Shown one piece after another: positions 30,573 through 38,974 of a stretch of DNA of 64,000 nt (positions are counted from its first letter, which is position 1; every line of letters begins with the position of its first letter). The stretch is from contig JBFLZG010000072.1 in NCBI GenBank assembly GCA_040756235.1, positions 1 through 64,000 on the forward strand. The letters run 5' to 3'. Source of the DNA: a bacterium. Its GTDB lineage: Bacteria; Desulfobacterota; DSWW01. The notes under the pieces were generated by a model. The model saw only the letters and a list, made by a program, of their open reading frames with translations. It did not search any database and had not been told where the DNA came from. The translations under genes and the position numbers were made by a program.

Positions 30573-32429
30573 TCAGGGGACAATGGGGAGATCGATCCTG
30601 GAAGCCTGAACCCGGTCCCGAAAGACCCGGAGCGTCGGCGCCGGGCTGAGAACCGGGGTGTCGAAGTTCCCATCGTCAGCGCCGGCAATGGCGATACGTA
30701 TGCGGTGCCCGCTGCGAAACAGCTTCGACGTGGGGTAGAGATCGATCACCAGCTCCGCCGTTTCGCCCGGGACGAGGGGCATTGCATCCGCCCGGTAACA
30801 GCTGTGCCACGGCAGCTCCGGTGCCCACGGGCGCGGGCTCAGCCTGCGCATCGAGGCCCGGAGCAGCCCTTCGGTGACATATTCGACGAAGCCGTCCTCG
30901 TGGAGGTCTTCCAGGTAAACGAAGAAATCACCGTCCTCCGCGGTGGAGGTGACATACAGGTAGAGGATCGGGTGGCCGGTCACCTCGAGATCCTCGGTCA
31001 GGGGAGCTGTCGTGTAGGCGAGGCATTTCAAGTCCTGCTCGGCCCGCTCGTCGTAGTTGCTGTCGGTGCCGAACAGAGACATCCAGCGCGTTTCCTTTGC
31101 GGAGTAGGTGGAGTAGTCGACCTCGTACGTGTCCACGGCCAGATCCTCGAGGGGCGCGGAAGTCGTCAGCTCGTTCCCCGGTCCGAAGTAGTATGGCGTG
31201 ATGACCTGTTCCGGAAGGGGCCAGGCATCCAGGAACCGCCACTCGTCCGTGCCGATGGTGCGGATGTAGTACGGGGGCTCCTCGTCGATCCCGTTCGGGA
31301 TCCCCTTCAGGTAGCGGTCGAAGAAGCGCAGGTATTCAATCGTGCTTCCCTCGAAACCCTTCCTGTGGTCATAGGGCCCGATGAGAATCTTGTCCCGGTT
31401 GCCCAGGGTCTCCTGAAAAGAAATGGTGTCCCGCACGTAGGGCTCGTACCAGCCCCCCATGTTGTAGATGGCGACCCCGGAATCCTCGATCGCATCCAGG
31501 TACCCGGCCGGGCAGAGGTCTCGAAACCCATAGGCCCCTCCCCACGGGTCGACCAGTAGATCGTCCCGGTAGGGCACCGTCAACGCCGATTCCATCATGC
31601 CGAAGTTACCGAGGTGCTCGAAGCTCGCCAAAAACCGGAGGATCCCGCGCACGTCCTCGTCCACGGGCTTGCAAGGCCATATGCCCATCGACGGCATGGG
31701 GATGTTCAGGTTGTAGGCCAGCATCCCCACATCGTAGATCTCGATGAAATTGGCGTCCAGAATGCCCTGCGGGTAGACCACGTCATAGATGTCCAGCAGC
31801 GTGTATCTGGGAATGATGGCCTTGAGATGAGGGTTGCGGTAGGCAGCGGCCAGATACTGCATGGTGGCCAGGTAGGACTGACCCATCATCCCGACATTTC
31901 CGTCGCACCAGGGCTGGGCCACGATCCAGTCGATCAGGTCGTCCCCGTCCTCCGCCTCTTCCGGGGAGAAGATCGTGTAACGGGTGCCGAAGGAGGCCCC
32001 GGTTCCGCGCACGTCGGCCACGACGATCGCGTAGCCGTAAGAGGACAGGACCCTGTAGCCCGAGCTCGGGCTCGACATGGGGTCCTGGATCGTCCCGTCC
32101 TCGAGGACGCTCGCCCGGTGATACGGGGTCATCATCAAGAGAACGGGGAAAGACTGTGCCGGCCCCCCCGTGGGCAGGTGGATGTCCACGGCGAGGCGGA
32201 CCTCGTCGCGCATGGTCACGTATACCGAAGATGTCTGGAAGCCCGTGTACTGCGCCGAGGAGTAGCCCTGGTACTCCCCGGGAGAGCTGACCTTCTCCTC
32301 TCCCGCGACACTCCCGTCCGAATCCTCATCATCGCCGCAGCCGGCGGCGAACAAGACCACGACGAAGGCCAGCAGCGCCGGCCAGATCGGAAGACGGACC
32401 GTGTGCCTCATCCTCGATTCCGCAGTCAT
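30573..32429 (-). CDS. CocE/NonD family serine hydrolase, predicted lipoprotein
   Basis: MRDEVRLAVD, TPY, DVRGTGAS.G, GQSYLA nucleophile motif, GGWYE, IGPYDH; lipobox AAGC. Confidence 0.9.
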   Translation of the reverse strand: MTAESRMRHTVRLPIWPALLAFVVVLFAAGCGDDEDSDGSVAGEEKVSSPGEYQGYSSAQYTGFQTSSVYVTMRDEVRLAVDIHLPTGGPAQSFPVLLMMTPYHRASVLEDGTIQDPMSSPSSGYRVLSSYGYAIVVADVRGTGASFGTRYTIFSPEEAEDGDDLIDWIVAQPWCDGNVGMMGQSYLATMQYLAAAYRNPHLKAIIPRYTLLDIYDVVYPQGILDANFIEIYDVGMLAYNLNIPMPSMGIWPCKPVDEDVRGILRFLASFEHLGNFGMMESALTVPYRDDLLVDPWGGAYGFRDLCPAGYLDAIEDSGVAIYNMGGWYEPYVRDTISFQETLGNRDKILIGPYDHRKGFEGSTIEYLRFFDRYLKGIPNGIDEEPPYYIRTIGTDEWRFLDAWPLPEQVITPYYFGPGNELTTSAPLEDLAVDTYEVDYSTYSAKETRWMSLFGTDSNYDERAEQDLKCLAYTTAPLTEDLEVTGHPILYLYVTSTAEDGDFFVYLEDLHEDGFVEYVTEGLLRASMRRLSPRPWAPELPWHSCYRADAMPLVPGETAELVIDLYPTSKLFRSGHRIRIAIAGADDGNFDTPVLSPAPTLRVFRDRVQASRIDLPIVP

Positions 32430-32520
32430 GTGTGCCTCCTCCGCTCAGGGGCCTCCCTTGGATGTTCGTCACCCGAGAGCCTGCCTTTGGAGCAAGATCA
32501 GGAAAGGGCAAGGGCCCACG

Positions 32521-34374
32521 CTAGAGCCAGAGCAGTCTTCTTCGGATCCGCCAGGCGACCATGAGTCCGATGGGCAGAAGAGCCGCCGCCAGGGCGTTGG
32601 CCGCTCCGGAGGCATCGGCGATGGCGGCGCCGCGGGTCGTGGAAGCCTCCGCAGGGGCTGCGGCGGCCCAGCCGACGGGCTGGTCCGGCGTAGCGGGGTT
32701 GCAGTCGTCGTCGATGCCGTTTTCGGGTATCTCCGTCGCGCCGGGATGCACGTTCGGGTCGCCGTCGTCGCAGTCGCAGTCGCTGGCGTAGGTGTCTCCG
32801 TCTCCGTCACCGCTCCAGGCAAACGGGGCGGGGTCGATCGTGTCCGGGCAGCCGTCGTCGTCGTCATCATCGTCGCAGACGTCCACCGTGCCGTCCAGGT
32901 CGCTGTCCACGGGGGCCCCCACGATCGCGCGTCCGACGTTGAGCCTGCCTCCGGTAACCGTCAAGCCGTCAAGGGTTGGCAGCGGGTCCGTGTACTCCAT
33001 GATGAGGCTCTTGACCTCGCACGCGCTCAGGGAAGGGTCCTTCGCAAGCACAAGGCTGGCCGCCCCGGCGACGCAAGGCGCAGCCATCGAGGTGCCGGAG
33101 AGGAAATCATAGTTCAGGGAATACCCGTACTCCGTCGTCAGGACCACGTCGTAGGTGGGCATGGTGCTGAAGTAGGCCAGCCCCGGCGCTCCCAGGTCGA
33201 CGCCGACCGCTCCGAAGTTCGAGAAACCCGCGAGAGAGTCGATGCCGCTCGTTGCGGCCACGCTGATAAGGGTCTTCGAATCGAACGCCGCCGGCCAGTT
33301 GCCCTGAAGGAAAGGCGGATGGTCGATGTCGTCGCCCTCCCCGTCCAATCCGCCGTTGCCCGCGGAGGCAATGAAGAGGATGCCCGCGTCTCCCGCGGCG
33401 TCGATCGCGGTCTGCAGCGCGGTCAGGGGAACGGGGCCGCCCCAGCTGGCGTTCGCCACGCGCAGATTGGACTCGCCGTTTGCGGCGCGGGTCTTCAGGT
33501 CGATGAGGTAGTCGATGGCTTCGATGGCTTTGAGAGTGTTGATCCCGCCGGAGTCGTCCCCGATCTTGATCGGCAGGACCTTTGCGTTGTAGTTCACGCC
33601 CACCCCGCCGGCCTCGTTCGTCGCAGCCCCCACGATCCCGGCCACGTGGGTGCCGTGGCCGTACGCATCCCTGGGGTCGTTGTCCGGCGTGTTGATGAGG
33701 ACGTTCTCGCCCACGAAATCCCAGCCCTTCCAGTCATCCACGAACCCGTTGCCGTCGTCGTCGATCCCGTTCCCCGTGGTCGGGTCCAGAGGATCGCTCC
33801 AGGCATCCTCGCCCGGGTTCGTCCAGACGTTCGCATCCAGGTCCGGGTGCGTGTAGTCGATTCCCGAGTCGATCACGGCCACCACGATGGTGTTGGCGCT
33901 TCCGTCCTCGATGTCCCAGGCGTCCGTGGCGTCGATGTCGGCGTCCGGAGTCGACCCGGACTGCCCCGTGTTTTCCAGCGGCCACTGCTGGCCGAACTCC
34001 GGGTCCGGAGGCGTGAGGTGCACGCGATAGATGGGGGCCTTCTCTGCAAATTCGACCGCGGAATCGCGCTTGAGGCCCTCCAGGGCAAGGTCCAGATCGA
34101 CTCCCTTGTCTCGGGTCTGCGCGATCACGAGACCCAGGTGCTTCAGCCTCCGCACCTCGACCGCGGACACCTTCCCCAGGGAGTCCGCCGCCGCGCTCTT
34201 GCCGGCCGCACTCTTGAACTTGACGATGATCCGGTCGGGAACAAAGGTCACTCCCTGCTCCACCCCCCTGGGGAGCTCCACCGCGCAGGCGGTGCCGATC
34301 AGGAAACCGCTTCCGATGCCCAGAGTCAGCATCGCCGTGAACAGGGCGCGTGCCGTTCCCGTTCGTCTTTCCAT
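32521..34374 (-). CDS. S8 (subtilisin) serine peptidase with Asp-rich Ca/metal-binding repeats and C-terminal membrane anchor
   Basis: VIDSG, HGTHVAG, ASAGN, SGTSMAAP; DSDLDG/DDDDDG, DCDD....HPGATE...NGIDDDC; TM + RIRRR. Confidence 0.92.
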   Translation of the reverse strand: MERRTGTARALFTAMLTLGIGSGFLIGTACAVELPRGVEQGVTFVPDRIIVKFKSAAGKSAAADSLGKVSAVEVRRLKHLGLVIAQTRDKGVDLDLALEGLKRDSAVEFAEKAPIYRVHLTPPDPEFGQQWPLENTGQSGSTPDADIDATDAWDIEDGSANTIVVAVIDSGIDYTHPDLDANVWTNPGEDAWSDPLDPTTGNGIDDDGNGFVDDWKGWDFVGENVLINTPDNDPRDAYGHGTHVAGIVGAATNEAGGVGVNYNAKVLPIKIGDDSGGINTLKAIEAIDYLIDLKTRAANGESNLRVANASWGGPVPLTALQTAIDAAGDAGILFIASAGNGGLDGEGDDIDHPPFLQGNWPAAFDSKTLISVAATSGIDSLAGFSNFGAVGVDLGAPGLAYFSTMPTYDVVLTTEYGYSLNYDFLSGTSMAAPCVAGAASLVLAKDPSLSACEVKSLIMEYTDPLPTLDGLTVTGGRLNVGRAIVGAPVDSDLDGTVDVCDDDDDDDGCPDTIDPAPFAWSGDGDGDTYASDCDCDDGDPNVHPGATEIPENGIDDDCNPATPDQPVGWAAAAPAEASTTRGAAIADASGAANALAAALLPIGLMVAWRIRRRLLWL

Positions 34375-34413
34375 GTTGCCTCCCGGCGGCAGGGGGTTCA
34401 TCCGACCCCAGAA

Positions 34414-34443
34414 ACAATAAAATGTAGCTTTATTGTATGTCAA
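34414..34443 (-). promoter_or_regulatory. Sigma70 promoter of the S8 protease, with overlapping inverted-repeat operator
   Basis: TTGACA-N18-TATTGT; ACAATAAA-N7-TTTATTGT at 34414-34436. Confidence 0.55.
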
Positions 34444-34478
34444 GGAAAACCTGGCCGCTTGCTGTCATTCATTTTTCC

Positions 34479-34507
34479 TTGACTTAGAAGGGGATCTTTT
34501 CTAGGTT
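34479..34507 (+). promoter_or_regulatory. Putative sigma70 promoter of the caspase operon
   Basis: TTGACT-N17-TAGGTT. Confidence 0.5.
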
Positions 34508-34656
34508 TATTCATACAAAATACGTTTTCTCATCCACCACTCATTTACTCACCTTCGCGTTGATGGCGGCGATGTTCCGCGACAAGAAGCACGGACCGTC
34601 CGGAGACTTCGGCGGACGGATGCCACGTGTCCGATCCTCGGCCCACTGCTTGAGCC

Positions 34657-35862
34657 TTGGGGGAAGGAAAGGAACATCCCATTTCCGACGCTTCACGGAT
34701 ATTTCTCGACGCCGCGCGGGCGCCTGAAGCTCCCGGGACGCACGTCCTGATCATCGGGGTTGGACGCTACGCGTACGGCAAGGGCGCGGGCGCGAGCCCG
34801 GTGGCTGGAGATCTGCGCCAGCTGACCTCGCCGCCGATCTCCGCACGGGCGATGGCGGACTGGTTCCTCACCTCGTTCAAAAACGCGGCGAAACCGTTGT
34901 CGAGCGTTTCTCTTATGATCTCGGACGCGCAACCCAGCATCTATCAGCCCCCCCGACCGGCCGGGGCGCCGCAGGTCCAATTGCCCGCAGCCACCCTCGC
35001 CAACGTGAAGGAGGCGGCACGCCACTGGGCCGATCGCGTGGGCACCCATCAGGACAACCTGGCGGTGTTCTACTTCTGCGGCCATGGCGCATCGCTGGGC
35101 CAGCAGGCGGCTTTGTTGCTGCACGATTTCGGAGAGCCGGGGGCAGAGTTCGACGGCGCCATCGACCTGGACGTCCTGCGCGGCACGATGAGGAACTCGC
35201 CCGCCATCCAGCAGGTCTACCTGCTCGACTGCTGCCGCACCGACGCCGACGACTTTTACAGGAACGAGGCCGGCATAGGCTCACGCGTGGTGTCGGTAGC
35301 CTCGTTCCAGCGCAAGCACTCGATTCCGCCCCAGCAGTTCGTACTGTTCCCCACCATAGATGGCGAGGAGGCATTCGGGATCAAGGGCACCGTCAGCGTG
35401 TTCACGAGCTCGATGATCGACGCCATGAGCTTCGCAGCAGCGGACGGCGCTACCGGTGTCTGGCGCACGACCACCGGCAGCCTCCTCAGCACGGTCGATC
35501 AGCTCGTGCGGCATCGGGTTCCGGAGCCGCTCGCCAAGCGCAGCAAACCGAACGCTCTCGACGCGAGCTCGTTCGACTTCAACGTCATCGACGAGCCGCT
35601 GGTGGCCCACTCCTATGTGACCATCTCGGACCTGGACTTCTGGGGTCAGGTCGAGATCGAGTGCGTAGATCCTGAAGGCGCGGAGCCAACGCAGAGGAGG
35701 CACAGCTCAGAAGCGGCCAACGAGATGTGTTGTACTTTTGAGCTCCATGAGGGACGGTGGTGCTTCAGGGGAATGCTGCCTGACACTCCTCCCAGCATCC
35801 AGGAGCACGAGCGAACGCTGCGGGTTCCAGTCGCCTACGTGAAGCTGGAAGTGACGCCATGA
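34657..35862 (+). CDS. Caspase-like (peptidase C14) protease with C-terminal beta-rich domain
   Basis: HVLIIGVGRY, VFYFCGHG (His 35083), YLLDCCR (Cys 35233), SVFTSS; start uncertain (TTG 34657 or ATT 34681). Confidence 0.85.
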   Translation: MGEGKEHPISDASRIFLDAARAPEAPGTHVLIIGVGRYAYGKGAGASPVAGDLRQLTSPPISARAMADWFLTSFKNAAKPLSSVSLMISDAQPSIYQPPRPAGAPQVQLPAATLANVKEAARHWADRVGTHQDNLAVFYFCGHGASLGQQAALLLHDFGEPGAEFDGAIDLDVLRGTMRNSPAIQQVYLLDCCRTDADDFYRNEAGIGSRVVSVASFQRKHSIPPQQFVLFPTIDGEEAFGIKGTVSVFTSSMIDAMSFAAADGATGVWRTTTGSLLSTVDQLVRHRVPEPLAKRSKPNALDASSFDFNVIDEPLVAHSYVTISDLDFWGQVEIECVDPEGAEPTQRRHSSEAANEMCCTFELHEGRWCFRGMLPDTPPSIQEHERTLRVPVAYVKLEVTP

Positions 35863-37265
35863 CCCAGCTCCGGATCACGCTGCAACAGCCGTTGGCCCAG
35901 GGTCGTCTCGAGGCCGGGGCGATAGCCACGGTGCGTCTGCTCGCCGATGCCGACGGCAAGATAGCGAAGGACTGGTGGAGCCAGGAAAAGCCGGTCGCCG
36001 TCGTCGGCGGGGAGGTCCGCTGCGGGGCGCCCGCGGTGTTCGACCTGCCGCGCGGCGGGTACTATGGCGTCGAAATCACACGGCCGCGCGGCGCCGACAT
36101 CTCGCGCGAGCTCCTGGTCCAGGACGGCGAGGTTCGGGCGGAGATGATTACCATGGACGCTTCGCCGCACGAGTACCTCGGCTGGCAGCAGTACGCCGGA
36201 ATCGTCCGATCCGACCGCTACCCTAAAGAAGCGGCCCGCCGCGCGATCGCACCGCTTTCTACCGGATCCGAGCGGCTTGGCGCGTTGATGATGAAGAGCC
36301 GGGAGAAGATCGACGCACTCTACGGCCTGACCAAGGGCATTCCGGACGTGTTCGCTGCTTCCGTACCCGCGGCAATCAACGCCTGGGACCAGGTGGCCGA
36401 CGCGACACGAGGGGGCGCGCGCGACTGGGCGACCGCCGGTGGGTTCATGGACTGGAGGCCACAAGGGGACGACGAGTACGCCACCTGGTTCCGCGAGACG
36501 CCCGATCCACATGAAGGCATCGAGTTGATTCGCCGACTCAAGGAGCAGGATCCTCCGGCCAATGTCCTGGCCGCCAAGTTTCCCCGCTGGATCTCCTTCG
36601 TGACTGGCGGCCAGATCGACCTCGCCTCGGTACCGTGGCCATGGTGGGGTGCGCAGCGCCACGAAGACGAAAGGATCAGATTCCTCTACGACCGCGTCCG
36701 CCCGAGCCCTGTTGATCGCGAGGTGCCCGGCCGCCTCACACTCAGCGTCCACGACCCACGCTGGTTCGGGCTACTCGAGTTTCTGGCATCCGGCCGCCTG
36801 AGCCGCACCGGTGACATGTTCAAAAGCGTCCTGCAGGGAGAGGACCCGGAGGGGCTCTTCGATCCTGAGATTGCACTCTATGGCAAGGTCAAGGGGCCGC
36901 TGGTGGCGACCGCCGGCGCGATCATCCTCATCGCGCAAGCTGTAAGCACAGAAAGACAGCATTGGGATCGATGGGTCGAGAACCTGAGTCGCTGGTTCCC
37001 CGGGATTCCGGACGGGCCGATCTTGCTCGGCTGCCGTCGCGTCGCGCAGGCGCAGAGCCTCGACGACCTGACGCAGGCGTTCAAGCACCTGCGCGAGGGA
37101 ATCGACCGCGGTATCCCGTTTTTCTCGGCATCGATCCGCATGCTCACGCTGACCCTGGCGCAGATCGGCAGCGACGTTCCCGAGGCCGAGGATGCCCGCC
37201 GCTTCGTTGCTCCTGTGTCGACCCGGGTCGATCCTGACCAACCGTTCACCGCTGTCCGACTGTGA
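35859..37265 (+). CDS. Hypothetical protein (468 aa), translationally coupled to the caspase
   Basis: ATGA overlap with upstream stop; long ORF; SPHEYLGW motif; helical C-terminus W..W.ENL..WFP.IPDG.IL. Confidence 0.75.
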   Translation: MTQLRITLQQPLAQGRLEAGAIATVRLLADADGKIAKDWWSQEKPVAVVGGEVRCGAPAVFDLPRGGYYGVEITRPRGADISRELLVQDGEVRAEMITMDASPHEYLGWQQYAGIVRSDRYPKEAARRAIAPLSTGSERLGALMMKSREKIDALYGLTKGIPDVFAASVPAAINAWDQVADATRGGARDWATAGGFMDWRPQGDDEYATWFRETPDPHEGIELIRRLKEQDPPANVLAAKFPRWISFVTGGQIDLASVPWPWWGAQRHEDERIRFLYDRVRPSPVDREVPGRLTLSVHDPRWFGLLEFLASGRLSRTGDMFKSVLQGEDPEGLFDPEIALYGKVKGPLVATAGAIILIAQAVSTERQHWDRWVENLSRWFPGIPDGPILLGCRRVAQAQSLDDLTQAFKHLREGIDRGIPFFSASIRMLTLTLAQIGSDVPEAEDARRFVAPVSTRVDPDQPFTAVRL

Positions 37266-37275
37266 GGAGAAGCCG

Positions 37276-38367
37276 ATGACGTTTCGCGTGACCCTGCACC
37301 CTGGAATGGACGGCGATTGTATCGTGGTGAGCTGGGGAAGCTCAGTGAATCTCCACCATCTCGTGGTCGACCTCGGCCGCAGCGGCACTTACCGCGCCAT
37401 CAGGAGCCAGCTCGAGAATCTCGACAATGTCGAGCTATTCGTCATGTCCCACATCGACGCCGACCACATTGCCGGCGCGATCCCGATGATACGCCAGGAC
37501 ACCCCGCCGTTCACGCCCAGGAGGGTCTGGTACAACTCCCGGCCGCAGCTCGCAGCGGCGCAGACCCGAAGGCCTATCCTCGAGCCTCTCAGCGCCCGCC
37601 AAGGTGAGAAGCTCGCCCGCGGTATCGTCAATTTCGAATGGCCCTGGAACGCCGAGTTCGAAAGCGAGATCGTATCCACCGACAACCCCGAGGCGCATGA
37701 GCCGATCGAGATCGCCGACGGCCTCACGATCCGCCTGCTGTCACCCAGCAACGACAAGCTGGCCGAGCTGCTCCCGGAGTGGGACCGGGAGCTCAAGCAA
37801 GCGAACATCCGTACCTTCGACCCGGACGTCGATCCCGATCCGCTGGGCCCGCAGTTCGAGCCCTTCGGCGCGCTCAACGTCGATGCCCTCGTCGCCAAGG
37901 ATTATGAGGCCGACCGTAACGAGGCCAACGGCGCTTCAATCGCCTTCATCGCCGAGTTCGAGAGCAAGCGGATCCTGCTCGCCGCCGACTCCCACTCCGA
38001 GGTGCTAGAGAAGGCCCTTGAGCCGCTGGCGCAAGCCGAGGGCGGCAAATATCGCTTCGATCTCGTCAAGGTCAGCCATCACGGTTCCAGCGGCAACACG
38101 TCAAAGGCCTTCCCCGGGCTCATCGATTGCACGCGTTTCGCGGTCTCCACCAACGGCTCCCGCCACCAGCACCCCGATCCCGAATCCATCGCCCGCTTTC
38201 TGGCTGCCGACAAGCACCGCAACAAGACCCTGTACTTCAACTACCGCCAACCCAGCACCAACGTCTGGGACAGCACCCGGCTCAAGACCACCTGGAATTA
38301 CGACTGCGTGTTCCCGGCCGACGACGAAGATGACCCGGCCAATGGCAGACTGGTGATCGAAGTGTGA
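37276..38367 (+). CDS. MBL-fold metallo-hydrolase (ComEC/Avs1a-like, putative nuclease)
   Basis: GDC, VDLG, SHIDADHIAG, N.ASIAF, LLAAD.H, KVSHHGS..N, STNG..H.HP; GAGGAG RBS. Confidence 0.85.
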   Translation: MTFRVTLHPGMDGDCIVVSWGSSVNLHHLVVDLGRSGTYRAIRSQLENLDNVELFVMSHIDADHIAGAIPMIRQDTPPFTPRRVWYNSRPQLAAAQTRRPILEPLSARQGEKLARGIVNFEWPWNAEFESEIVSTDNPEAHEPIEIADGLTIRLLSPSNDKLAELLPEWDRELKQANIRTFDPDVDPDPLGPQFEPFGALNVDALVAKDYEADRNEANGASIAFIAEFESKRILLAADSHSEVLEKALEPLAQAEGGKYRFDLVKVSHHGSSGNTSKAFPGLIDCTRFAVSTNGSRHQHPDPESIARFLAADKHRNKTLYFNYRQPSTNVWDSTRLKTTWNYDCVFPADDEDDPANGRLVIEV

Positions 38368-38974
38368 CCATCAGGGGCGCCGGACTCGGGTCGATGGCCG
38401 CCCTTCGGGGCCGGGACATCGAGCTTCCGCTCGGATCATCGAGGAGGCAGGCCGTCCCGGACATCCTTGGAGCAAGTTATGTGCAATCGGAAGGGAGCGC
38501 CGAGAGCACAAGATCTCAGGGATGGACTATTGACGTGAGGGCAGAGCCGGTCTCTGGGAGCCGTCCGGAACGTTCAGAGTAACCCGCCATGCCTGTTTCT
38601 GCCCCATCTTCTAGGTCGAGGCAAACCGAGGAGAGGTCAACCGGCGGATCTATAATAAGGAACCCAAGAGACGAACCTCCAAGCTTTGTCGACGAAATGG
38701 GCTGACCGGCCCCGTCAGTCTATCCCCCCTCGACTACTCCGTCTACCTCTTGGCTTAACTGCTAATAGAAAAATGGAAGAGGGGGACTTGACAACGCCGT
38801 TTATGCTTGAATAAATCTCTCGGTCAAGTTGGCTTTGCTTTCGGAGGATACTTATCTCCTCGCACTCCAACAGAGAATCCGGTCAAATTTAGTGTGAATT
38901 TGACTCAGCGAGAACTTCACCCTTTCCCACAAGGAGGTTTTCCAAAATGGCAACTGAAGGATCCATAGAAGGGA

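Noticed and set aside
37276..38367. ComEC competence protein or beta-lactamase
   Set aside because: No competence/TM domain, no signal peptide, no com genes; context is a caspase operon
38600..38660. c-di-GMP riboswitch (GGCAAACC seen)
   Set aside because: The rest of the GEMM consensus and the second stem are not evident; needs cmscan
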